Shown: positions 1-11,949 of the stretch, piece after piece | Numbering within the stretch: position 1 is the stretch's first letter | Layout of the letters: each line of letters opens with the position of its first letter | Assembly (NCBI GenBank): GCA_002633005.1 | Contig: NMRA01000102.1 | Coordinates: 537,067-601,066 of the forward strand | Direction: 5' to 3' | DNA from: Phoronis australis | Taxonomy: Eukaryota; Animalia; Phoronida | DNA: 64,000 nt | Position numbers and translations under genes: made by a program | The notes under the pieces: model-generated | What the model was told of the DNA's origin: nothing | The model's database searches: none | Seen by the model: the letters and a program-made list of their open reading frames with translations, nothing else

Positions 1-1404
1 TTTGGATGTTCCGGCTCAGCAGATATCCAGTTTCTTCTTCAAATGGATTGCCCATTTTCTCTGTTCTGCTGGTCAATCTCTGTACCTTTTCCAGGAATGT
101 TCTCTGATTGGTCTCTGTCCGTTCTAGGAGTCTTGTCTGGTTGGTCATATCTCTCAACACTGATGACTCCACATATGAGCTGAGAGACAACAGGGCCAGC
201 AACTGCCCGTCTTCTTAGTGCTGTTGCGTCTTCTGTGATTCCAATCACTTCACCGTCACCTTTGATGACATCATTGGCCTGTTTATGGGCTCGGTCGAAT
301 GCCATTGCTGAAAAACCTTTATCTGGCTTCCCATCATGAAAAGCTTCTGCAACCTTAGGATGTGTTTCGTCCAAAGTCATCATGTCAAGCAGGTGAATTG
401 GAAGCCACCTAACATAGTTCACGTTGTTGTTTGCGAACAGGCATGGGATCAGCTCACACAAAGAAAGGCGACTGAAGTTAGCTTCTCTCAAAGACCTGAT
501 GGAAATCATACTGGCTAATTTCATGCCATTGGCGAAACTAAGGGCTTTGTAGTTTGTGACGTTCGTACCAGTCTTCAAAACTCATGATTTCAGGATTAGG
601 TGACAACTGTTCATTTGTACTGTAGGCATAATATCAGGAGCTTGTAGAGGCTACACACTGTCACGTGGTGGGCTTGACGGTACTTCGTGACACTCGCAGC
701 TGACAGGAATGAATTAGGTGTGCCAGGTGACTCCACATCTGCTTTGGTTAGAGCTCCTGTCCACGCACTACCTGAAAGAAGGGAACCCGGAGAGCGTAGC
801 GCGGTCATTTTGATGTGTAAACCTCCGAACATGATGACAAGTTTCTGCTCACCGTACTCTTCAGGCCACTGTCATTGGACCTGCTTTGCTATTGCGTAAA
901 TTGGTTGATCAGCCGTGAACACAGGCACTTGTTCAGGAATGAGAAACCTCACTGCATCTCTGATCTTATCCATTACATGTCGAATTGTGGCTACAAAGTG
1001 AGCTTCATCTCTCAGCAAAGGCATCTTTAGCAGAGATACAGGCCTAATATGTAGGACCATTTTTCTTCTCTGCGTAATGGGCAGACCATGATAGGTATAT
1101 TTTTCCTATTTTCAGATAAAATGAGCAAATAATGCTACTAATGTTCACAATATTTTGATCAAACATAGAATTTTAGATTCTACATGCTAAATTTCATATG
1201 ATACCAAAATCAAACTACCCCATGTTGTACAAGAACATGAGAGAATAAATTTAGCAAATGACAGCCATCTTGAAAATGGACACCATTTTGATTTTTAACG
1301 TTCTTTTATGAAACAACACTTTTTGTTTGATATACAGAACAGACTTGATTTTTGTAGCATATAGTGAACGATTCTTCTGATTTTTGAACCTATCTGCTCT
1401 ACTA
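1..1404 (-). mobile_element. Degenerate Academ-type DNA transposon fragment (transposase pseudogene plus one terminus), running off the left edge
   Basis: Three consecutive minus-strand ORF pieces (872-1060, 611-832, 39-578) carry ADQPIYAIAKQVQW, MFGGLHI.M...LSGSAW, NYVRWLPIHL.DM and FSAMAFD.AH.Q.N..IKGDG, which I recognise as Academ/DUF6589-like transposase motifs. They are broken by frameshifts. The minus strand begins TAGTAGAGCAG at 1404, consistent with TAG-type Academ termini. Confidence 0.6.
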
Positions 1405-2049
1405 TGACGGTATACTATGGGAACCCATCAACTTCAGCTTACAGACTACCTGGACTAATTCGATTAACACTTTTATTGGTTTAGACAACAAAAATCGCAA
1501 AAAGTAGAGGCACAATTGTATAAATGAGAAAGAAGCGGAGAGAGACACCAAACTGCGGGCTCTGGTAGCTGTCAAAAATTATAAGTCTCTAAATTCAAAT
1601 CTTGACATGTGAAAATACTGGAATAATTCAAACCACTCGGCATGGGATTTTCAAAACCCTGGAATTCCAGAAATATAGTCCCACGAGAGTTCAGTAAATG
1701 TTAACGCGCCATCGGAAAGCTGGTTACTGCACGAGGTATAGCAGAGGTCGACATCAATGGCATGACAACCTACCAAGAACATACGCACATATCATAAACA
1801 CAGGCCTGAGCATACTCTGACAAAAAGGTATACGGGATGTGACGTGTTAAGGATTTTTACAACCACTTCCTTACGAAAAGTGTGTCCTTTCTGACAAAGC
1901 TCCCTACCAAAGGGTACCTTTTCTGATAATATAATCCCGACAAAACGTATTTCATTTTGGAAGTTTGAAACTCTACTGCTGGTTCCTTTGTGTAACTACA
2001 ATAATCTCCCTACAGAAATTTTTTTAAAATTATCTATATTTTCAAAACT

Positions 2050-3700
2050 TCCGTTGAAAGAGATGTACTAATTTTTCACACCATGGCCTCTCGTTTTGTA
2101 CTTGTTTAAGGTTTAATGGCTTCAAATTAAATGAAGCGGGAGTATGTACATAATTTTAAATTTTTTACACGTCTGTATTTCATTTTTGCAAAAAGCAATC
2201 CTTAATTCTTCGCACCCAACTCCTTACTTTTAAAGCCCTTCAAAACCAAAACCGTATCTGTTTTACGGTGCCTTCACAGTTATGGCCCATGTAGATCTCA
2301 CCGCCTCGTCCAATACAAAACTCTTATTAACTTTAACCAAGTTTTAATCAAGTTTACAAAGAATGACACTATTACTACAGGTTCTGCTAACACTCAGCAG
2401 ACTTTTATAAAATGTAATGTGAACATTCTTTATATGAGCAGTACTTTTTGAATCCCCACACTTAAGGACCATAACTGAGGACTGGGAATGCCATTTTGTC
2501 GAAAAAGCTATAGACAACTGCTGGTGGAAGATTATCACATTTGCGTTAAACTTTACAATCATTAAGATTGCCTTTTTGTTTGGGTAGCCTATGTCTCGAC
2601 AGCCTGCGACCGCACAAGTTTGGAGGTAAAACACACTGAAATACTTGTAAAGCGAGGACAATGTAATACTTTCACTGTCAAAGTGCCATTTCTTGTAATT
2701 GCGCAATAGCCAACCCTTGCTATTCTCGCGCAAATTCTTAGTTCATACTTCCAAAATAGTCAGAACATTGCCATGCAAACCAATTTTTTTACCTTTACAA
2801 TTTATGTGGAATATTATCAAAAGCACGAGAGAAATCAACAAAAAGCGCATAAAATCGCACCTTCGTTATAAAATATATATTTCTGCACCTTACCTTGTAA
2901 AGTCAAAAATTTATCAGTGGTACGATGATCCTTCCTAAATCCAGTTTGAGATCCGTGGAACAAATTTTTCCATTTGTTAAAATGGTAAGGCGAATGTTTA
3001 TGATTTAGCAAACGTTTTTCCAACTACAGACAGCAACGCAATACCGCGATAGTTACCAACGTCATTAATTGAATCTTGTCTAAATAATGGACAGATTCCA
3101 GCATCTCTCATTCCTGTGGGCAATCACCAGACGACGATATCTTATTAAACATATCAGTTAAAGATGGTGGGATGACCATTTTTGTTTTTGTCTAAGCAAT
3201 TCAAAAGTAAGGCCATCGATGCCCGCAGCCTTGCCTTTAGGCACTTGTTCTATTACACTCAGAACCTCTACCTCAGTAAAAACCTGATTCAACGACGCGG
3301 GGGCATTGTTAAGACAATCAATACGTAACATTGCTTCTCTTTCAGCTTCCGCGACAATGTCACTGTCCACCTGGGTAACAGAGTTGAATAGTGACAAAAT
3401 AACAATACCACTGGTCCTGCACTGGTCACCTGGGTAACAGGGTTGAATAGAGACAAAATAACAATACCACTGGACCGGACCAGTCGAGTTTTGACCAATG
3501 TTCCTACTACCAGATGTTTTCGTTTATAACTCCAAAACTCTCGTTCGTTGTTTTTTAGTTCAATCACATCACTACTCAGACTAGCACGAATATTTTTTTC
3601 CTTGAACTTTTGCTTAAAAGATCTAACAAAGTCTTTATAAAGAGCGAGGTCGTCACTGTCATTAAATTTTGCAAATCTATTCAATGCGGCACACTTTGTG
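2050..3700 (-). mobile_element. Decayed non-LTR retrotransposon (CR1/L2-group-like) reverse transcriptase
   Basis: Minus-strand motifs in RT order: PKGKAAGIDGL (about 3215-3245), QTGFRKDHRTTD (about 2915-2950), RFYALFVDFSRAFDNIPH (about 2805-2857) and a C-terminal W..TVK....YGFG (about 2245-2290). Many stops and frameshifts. An internal ~59-bp tandem duplication lies at about 3368-3477. Ends are approximate. Confidence 0.8.
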
Positions 3701-3777
3701 TTTTAAACATTTTAACTCAATGTCCCTTGATAAAAGGACAAGCCTGAACAATTATTTCAGAGGCAGTAGTTAAAATA

Positions 3778-5790
3778 TTTTTTTTCATTTACATTTATTG
3801 AAATATATACATATGGCCATAGTCCCAAAGTATAACATCAAGGAGTGTAGTAGTACCTGTACTAGTACACTCCTTGACAACATGTACAAGACAGAACATT
3901 GACAGGTGCCGCGTCACAAACTGGATAATAAATTGTGACGCTTGAGAGCATGATGGACATAGGGTAGATGAAGGGTATCCGGAGCTCTGATGAGAGATTC
4001 AGGTTTAGATGTCGTGGGAGTATGACAAAAACGATCGCTCACGTACTTAACCCGAAGGTCTTGGTACGCACTGCAAACTAACACAACGTAGAATTCATCC
4101 TCTACATACCCCGAATTACATAAATTGCACAACCTTTTTTCATAAGCAATATTTGTTTAGCTATTAACGAACGATTTGAACATTGCAATCGAGTCAGGGA
4201 CTGAATAAAAACACGTGGGATGCTAACTATTTCTAAATAATTCTCTAGACAATACATTATTTTATACCTCACATAGTAAGGCAGTTTTGCGTTACATTCG
4301 ATATCAGATTGCCAGCCTTGCAAATAACAGTCACTGACACGTTTAGAAAAAACTGTCAAGAAATACGCTTAGTTTACCACACCCTGATTAAAACATACAT
4401 CTGAAAAACCATAACAGACAGAAGTTTCCTTTAAAAACTTGGCCAATTATAAGATCTTCCGATCTGGTCTGACTGAAAAAGCCCATCGTATGGTGCCTTT
4501 ACCCCACGACTACTAGGCATCTCCAGTATTTTGAACCAATATTTACACAGGATACAAAGTATTTAGCAAATAATTTTGGGAATTGACCACATTCTCCCAT
4601 AATTGCCGAGTTTGAACAACTGTCCACGCCTAAAATCCGTTTACAAAACTTGATATGTACATTTTCCAGTGTTCATGTTCATTAAAGCCTCATATCTCAG
4701 CGCCGTAACACAAAGAGGGGTAAACTATATTATTATCGAACAGGTGAAAGGCTATTGACGGCGGTAGATCACAACATCTTCGCTTCAATTTAAAAATTGC
4801 AGGCAGCTTTATTTGCTTGACTGGATAAGGCTTTAATTGCTTTGGTCCACGAAACTTTTCGGGGTCCAAGGTATTTGAAATGAGACACCACATCGACCAA
4901 AGTTCCTTTGTAAAACCATTTCTCATATCGTCTAAGGGGACCGCCATTTCTGAAAATAACGAGCTTGGTTTTCTTCAAGTTTACTTGCATGCCTCACGAT
5001 TCGCAAAATTCTGCCAAACAATTTAGCATACGTTGTAAGTTAATGACGGTAGATGAGCATAACATCATGTCGCCTGCGTACAGCAGGTAGTCGACTCTTG
5101 GGACTTGTTCGCTGAGATATGTGCTATTAATACTACTTTTTGCACCCAGGTGATCCAGAAATTCATTTAGATACAACACAAATAATAATGGGCTGATCAC
5201 ACAATCTTGGCGAGTGCCAACAGTACAATCTAAGAACTGTGTTAGGCCATCTTGAGTTTTCACACAATTGCGCAATTTACCATACACAGAACGGATTATG
5301 TTGAAAATTTTACCATTCATATCAATGTTTTTCAATCTACGGAAGAGTATTATGAGGGATTCGATCGAATGCCTTCGAGAAATCTACAAAGGCACAGTAA
5401 AATCTCCCACCCTGCCGACTCAAATAAATTTGAGACATAGCTTCAAGTGTAAACACTTGGTCAATCGTGGAGTAGCCCTTTCTAAAGCCAGTTTGAGATT
5501 CATAAATTTTATCATTATTTTGAGCCCAGCAATACAGACAATTATTTAAAAGTTCGGTAAAAAGTTAATAGATTAATAGCCTCGTCATTGGAATTGTTAT
5601 GTAAATAGAAAATATACTTGTTTGTTGAACTCATCAAACATTAAATAAGAATTTTCGACGAACGGAGGTCTCTTCTAGGTGTTTCATAAGAATGGACTTC
5701 AGAGTCAACAGGGGAATTAATATTATCAGAGTATTCAAAATAGTATTTCAAACACCAAGAGATATTGGGAGGTGATCTGACTCGTCAATA
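3778..5790 (-). mobile_element. Decayed non-LTR retrotransposon (CR1/L2-group-like) with 3' end
   Basis: Endonuclease end ESDHLP (about 5768-5785), RT motifs GTRQDCVISPLLFVLYLN and LLYAGD (catalytic YADD mutated), VNLKKTKLVIF, L.YGAEI, and C-terminal CNLCNSGYVEDEFY..LVC. On the minus strand it ends in AATAAA (3794-3799) and an A-run at 3778-3785. Confidence 0.9.
3839..3876. mobile_element. 38-bp TIR-only micro-MITE, P-element/Galileo-like
   Basis: CAAGGAGTGTAGTAGTAC-CT-GTACTAGTACACTCCTTG has 18-bp arms with 1 mismatch. It is flanked by ATAACAT and ACAACAT (6/7 direct repeat). Its first 14 nt equal the minus-strand terminus at 23501-23514. Confidence 0.65.
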
Positions 5791-5797
5791 AAATAGG

Positions 5798-5953
5798 CAG
5801 CTACTACCTTAAATAACTATGTACAGCTACTACCTTAAATAACTATGTACAGCTACTACCTTAAATAACTATGTACAGCTACTACCTTAAATAACTATGT
5901 ACAGCTACTACCTTAAATAACTATGTACAGCTACTACCTTAAATAACTATGTA
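5798..5953. repeat. Minisatellite, 26-bp unit x6
   Basis: Six perfect head-to-tail copies of CAGCTACTACCTTAAATAACTATGTA with no spacers. It sits at the 5' truncation point of the adjacent LINE. Confidence 0.97.
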
Positions 5954-6523
5954 GAATCAATTAAATAATCTGCAGCCTTACACTCATCTTCTGCCAAGTC
6001 TGACGTTAATTGTTTTCCTGGTCTAAAAGAGTGCGATAAACTTAGCTGCATGGTTGGCGTCGTAATTTTCTCGTTCTATCGATTTTCATTAGACTGATAC
6101 ACAGCACTGTAGACGATTTAACGATAACACGATTCTGCCATTTTGCAAGAGTCTGTTTTAGTCAAATTGCAATTAGATATTACTCAAAGATTTAGGCCAG
6201 GCCCAGCCTTCCATCTTCACGAGCCGTACGGACATTCTCACTAACATTGCACAACACGAACAGTTTCCTAGTAGGAGAAAAAAACTTGTATGCCCGAAAA
6301 ATACTGTTGTGTAAGAAAAGTGCCTGTATTGGAAAAAGACTTGTGTTACGTAGAAAACAGCTTGTGAGAAATGAACGCTTTTATGATATAACAACACTCG
6401 TGAGGTTCGTGAGAGAAGGCGGCCGGCTATCCTGAGATTAGACAATCTAGCAAAACGTGGACTATCATCGACATTCATTAACCTTCTCTCAAGTAATACA
6501 AAAATAAACTGCAAATATATCAC

Positions 6524-6782
6524 CTTCGAGTAAGCCGTACGCCTTCTCAATGTTATATTTCCGTGCACGTAGATATCGACGTAGGAATCCGTCATCTCTA
6601 GTAGCACAAATCTCTTGAATTTTCGACCCCACATCTGTATCATTTCTTTCGTTAATTCTTTGTCGCAGCAATGATGGAAATGTTCTGCTTTTTTCTTGTG
6701 TTTCGTTTAATTCTTCTTCAGCTTTTTTAATCACGTGATCCGGCAACGTACCACATTTATCCCACACGGTTCCCTCGCTCAT
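6524..6782 (-). CDS. First coding exon of a CRAL-TRIO protein (RLBP1/clavesin/alpha-TTP-like)
   Basis: MSEG...IKKAEEELNE...RDDGFLRRYLRARKYNIEKAYGLLEG matches the CRAL-TRIO N-terminal signature (KA..EL.E; DD.FL.RFLRARK....A..LL). Putative donor GAAG|GTGATA after 6524 (phase 1). No downstream exon was recognised in the window. Confidence 0.75.
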
Positions 6783-7110
6783 GTTGTAATAAAGAAAGAT
6801 TGATGCAAATTGAAATCACGTAGTTGACAGCGAACACGGCTGCTCAGTGTTCATGACCACAATACTCATTTACAAGCCCCAGTCTTTGAAATGGGTGATC
6901 GACTGAAACAAGCGAGCAAGCACACTTGAATATGTGTTCATAACCTGCTTTTAGCTCTTGTAACGATAATTTGCAAACCTCCACGATCGGAAAATGTCAC
7001 GTCAGTGTTCGTAATTTACTAATTGCTACTCGCTGAATGAAGGTCTTCTGTAAGTGGTCTCCGAAGACGCTCTCAATCCCGCTTTCTTCATGTTAAGAGA
7101 CATCTCTACA

Positions 7111-8302
7111 CAGTGGCGGACCTAGGATACCATAACGGGGGCGGGGCAACATGTTGCCTCCGGGTAATGCGCGAAGCGCGGTTGTATGTGCACAGGCGTC
7201 GCGAAACGGTTGTGGGGGCGTAGACCTTTTGTTCAGGAAGCTGTCGGTGGACTCAGGAAGCTTTCGGTGGACTAAAAAAAAACAAGAGCACGCCCCCCGG
7301 TCCGCTACCGAACTCAATATTTCCTCACGCTTTACGCTGCTGTTGTTTCATTTTGCTTCCGGTAGCCAAGGGGGGGCGGGCCCCCTGCCCCCCTTGGCTG
7401 CCGCAAAAAATAAAACAGCAAGAGCGTAGGGAAATGTTGAGTTTATTAATTAACCCTGCTAATTAACATTATAAGGCGGAAACAAAAATAATTAAATGTG
7501 TGCAGTTTTAGTGTGTTTGGGGGGGGGCTCATATCCAATTTGAAGTGTCAAATTCGGAACACAGCTCAATCGTAACGAAACTATGGCTAAGTATAGGCTC
7601 TAACGCGATGTCGCAGGCGACCGGCAGTGGCGCTGCGCACTACGACTCCGTTTCCGTCGTCTGCTTTACTGTGCAATCATAGACTATAGGTGGCATGAAG
7701 AAAATTACTTCATTTGTTTAAAGAAAATGGAATCTTGAGTGACGATGAAAAAACAGAAGCTGCTGGTAAGATGTGAATTTTAATCGAAGCCTTAGTGAAT
7801 CACTCAGAAACTCATAATTCTCTCTTTGTCAAACCTTAACTTAAGACGATTTCCAAAGCAATCGCGTCATTAATGCCAACACAAAAAACGGATTTGGTCT
7901 TTTGGGCAATTGAAGACTATTTTAAATACAACAAATTTTGTTACGAACTGATTGCACAAAATATAAAAAGTGTAATAAGCATTACAAAAGAAGTAGGTTT
8001 CGCGCGCAAACGCTGTGGCCATAAACAAGTAGGTCTCTTATTATGAAATTAAGAGTGAAGTCGTGGTGGTGCAGCGCTGTATCCGCCAGGTCGGGAGTTC
8101 GAGTTTGTGATAAATGCAGTTTTTCATGTTTGCCACGTTCTCTGTGTTTTTTCTTTTTCTTTGCCTTTTTTCTTGGATAATACTTCTGGAATCAAGGAAA
8201 ATGTTTGATTTTTAGAGGAAAAAACAGAAAGAAATTCCTGGGCGATAGGGGGGGGCGNCAAAATGTTGGGCCCCCCCTTGTGATATCCTAGATCCGCCAC
8301 TG
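7111..8302. mobile_element. Non-autonomous hAT-like element (or two facing halves) with CAGTGGCGGA termini
   Basis: CAGTGGCGGACCTAGGATA (7111-7129) matches the reverse complement of TATCCTAGATCCGCCACTG (8284-8302) at 18/19, followed inward by G/C runs. The flanks (CTACA and CGGTA) do not form a TSD. Confidence 0.6.
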
Positions 8303-11300
8303 CGGTAGGCCAAATCCGGCCACCGATTAGGAGTTTTCATCTCGTCAAAAATACATTCCACACTTAAAACTTACTACTCAGTGGTCCTTTCTACTTCTAC
8401 ACGTATCTTCCTTGAAGCTTCGTTAGTGACTTTGGCGAAAAATGCCAACTCCATTTTTTCACCACCCGCGCGATAACCAAAATATTTCAACTGAATCACG
8501 TGAGTTAGGCAGAAGCTAGAGCGAGAGTGAGCTAGCGCGTGACACTTGCAAAATAACATGGGAAGGTATCAAGTGAAATTTGTAAGATTTGTGTCCCTTG
8601 GAATTTTTATTCGTCAACATGCGTGATTTCACGTAACTTCCACAAAATGCCACCCGGCAAGAGAAACTCGAGCAAACCGCAACAGATTTTCATGGATTTG
8701 TTCAAATTATCGTGACTGAAACGTCTGCAGACTTATGATATGTGTTAATTATATCTCCATGTGCATATATTCATGTTTCATTGTATTTTATTTCCTGTAT
8801 TTTGAAATTGTAAGTTTTTGTGGGGATGTTCTATCGCCCCTGTATGCTTGCGGCCTACAGAAACGCATGGTGGCCTAGTCGGTAATAAGTCCGCACAGCG
8901 AAAATGCAGAATCAAGTGCCACACACATCACACTCGAATTAAACTTCAAATATTAACGGATAAACGAGCACACGTCGAAACTGCGATCTCGTGAACACGT
9001 TTCCTTGCGGAATCAACAATTCAAAAGCAGTCGGCTGGACTACAAAACCTTATCTCCGGACGTGTTACCCGGACTTCAAAACACGGCGGCCTCATCCATA
9101 ACACGATGGCCGGTGCTAACCAGTTGGCCGGTGATCAAACACGACGACCGGACTTCCTGAGAGATTCGCTTTGAATGTCTCGAAAGATTCAAGTGACATC
9201 TAGTCTTTATTTCTCGTGCACGTTTGTTTGTTTTGTTAAAAATCGGCGATTTGTTCGGCCATTGCGCATGAGCACCGGCAAACCATTTTTTGGTGTGGCA
9301 ATCTGCGGGTTTTGAGGTCCGGCGACCACCAAGTTGGAGTCCAGCCAGAGGGTTTTGAAGTAAGGGCAAGTGGTTAGGAAATCTGACCAATTGTTGATTA
9401 CCCTTGCATTTATCTTTTGCAATAATTCTGCAAATATAACTGCACTGATATCTTAAGCTCTTCGAAAGAACTTATTCACTCGAAGATTCGATTTTTACTA
9501 CTCGTTTGTCACTCCGCCATTTACATTTTTGAACTCGTGAGCTGACGCATTCACTTGACTGGGCTGGCATTCGGACAACTGCATGACATCATTAGGTCGA
9601 AAACTAAGATTTCAAGATGACAGACAATTTGATTCGTCGTTAATTGTTAGAGAAAGATAAAAGATGAGAAATATAACCAGTAAGATTGTTTGCGTTTTTC
9701 TAAACTGGTGGTTAGTACTAACACACTGAACAAGAATTTTCCTCCCATGTTTTGAGTTATGTCCATTTCACCAAGTGTTGAAAAGCATTCAGGTGGATCT
9801 TCAGCTCTATTCAAGGGCCGTTTCTGGTCTAAAAATGAGTCGAATTACAGATCTAAGTCAACTATGTGTTTGTGATATCATCTAGCCAGGTCAAATTGAG
9901 GTCAGCTCGCTATGAATTACGAATTACCGTCAGTAGCCTCTCCCTTTTGGCGTTTACACTGCATAGTTTAGTCAAAGAATCAGTGGGATTTGGTGAAAAA
10001 ATCGACACAATTTTAATGTGGCAGTTAGCCCAAGTTAAGCAACAAATCTGCATCAATGAAAATACCGGCAACACACTAACAAAGTGGACACCTAAGGACA
10101 CGTGACCAGCATAAGACTAAGAAAGGTGACCAAACTCAGGGCACGCGATAACAGAATTTTCGTTGTTTTTTACTTCCAATGTGAAAACAGAGACATGAGT
10201 TCAAGGCGTAACACATTGAGGAAGGGTAGGTAGAGGCTTAGGCTAGTGTCTCTTCCAATTACAGGAGAAAAGTTACGTTGATCGTGGCATCGCTTAAACC
10301 GAAGGTGATTTGTATGTCATTTTGGCAAATTGCCGTTATTTTTGGCACTAAATCAATAAATTGACCATGAACAAATGACGTTTGAAAATATAACGCAACT
10401 CTTGTTTTTTGTAGTTTTGTCAGGATTTCTAATTTTTCGACACTTTTCTGCTGAACGATGCGATCAAGAACACAACGATAAGCGATCGGGAACGCTAATT
10501 CGTGTTTGTGTATGCGATCGGGAACGCATCGTGGTGTGTCGAACAGCAATGAACTTTTTACTTATAAAACGTGAAAAGGGTTACAAAATAAGTGTGGTGC
10601 AATGAATTAATCACATTTTGCGTAATTACTGTGTTACTTTCGTATCAAAACAGAACAGCAGCATAACACATTTCCATAAAATTGCCATGAGCATTACATG
10701 TACATCGAGCATAATTTTAGTTTCAGAAACGAATTCATTTTCATTTCAGGAAACAAGTTCACTGTTATTGTGAGTCGAGCTTCAACGAACATGTTATCCA
10801 CGACGTGAAGGTACACCCTACCAGGGTTTTGAAATACAGAAATCTACTTTTAGACGAAACCACTGAGAACAAGGGTTTCTCAACTGAAGATTAACCCACA
10901 GGAGTTGTTCCATGTGGCGTGTTCGCCAGGGGTAAACAAATTGTTGCAGCAGATGAAAGCGAATGTAGAATCTTTTTGTAAAATTGTGACAGCAAAAGAA
11001 AAAAATAAAACAAATAGCCAGTGAAGTCAAAAAATGAGCTTGCCCATGGGGAGAGAGGGGAGTGCGGCAACACTTCATGAGATGATTCAAAGATTGCCAC
11101 TCATAAACGTCTGGGATCTAAAAATTGGCCAGAAGTTGTGTAAACTGATGTGTTGATAAAACGGGTGGGATTTTACTTGATGTTTTACTGATAACATCGA
11201 TACAGAGATGAACAGATTGACTTGCGGCACCCGCCGTGTGGCTTGAATGTACGTTGTGTTTGACTCTTCTGTTTTGTAGTCTTGGTCCTACGTTCACCTA

Positions 11301-11949
11301 GATCATCAGTTCATGATCTCCAGTTAAATGTGACATTTAAAAAGATTGAGAAAATAAGAGTTATAATACACGTACTATATTGTGATTTTCTCAGAACGTA
11401 GTCAACATGTTGTCATTAACGCCACTTCAACTACACAGGAAATCAACAATATTATAGCATTTCTATTATAATATAAATCTTCTATCACACATTTCTCAAA
11501 ATTGGTCTTACAAAAATATATGAATTTATTGCTTTAGGGAAATCAACATTACAAATCCATTGAACATTTCCAACGAATTGCTTTTGGAATGTGTTAGACT
11601 AAATCATAATTAAATCATATGCAATGACTGATTGATAGTATAATAGTCTCTCACAAGAAATAAACAACAATATGAAAGCAATTTCTACAATAATCATAGA
11701 CATATATTTTCTTTTAAAATGCTAATTGGTCATAACAATTGTATGTAAATATTGCCCAATGACACTCAGTATGGCCATTTAAATCTACCTAAACACTACA
11801 AAAATGTACAGGTTCTGTTTAAGATCCTTTTGAAATAACACAAATATAGAAAGAAACTTGATGAAAAAAGGTTCAAAACAAAACGTCAAAATACTATAAC
11901 ACCAGACAACTACCAACTACAGACTCTGTAAATCTGAATAAACTATAGT

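Noticed and set aside
2344-2733. 129-aa ORF as a standalone gene
   Set aside because: It lies within a decayed LINE and has no recognisable domain.
5798-5953. Regular 26-bp repeats as a possible CRISPR array (also the 62-bp array at 28480-28789)
   Set aside because: Units are contiguous with no unique spacers, no cas genes are present and the context is eukaryotic.
8058-8105. tRNA-like A-box/B-box (TGGTGCAGCG...GAGTTCGAGT)
   Set aside because: No cloverleaf can be formed. At most it is a degenerate SINE head.
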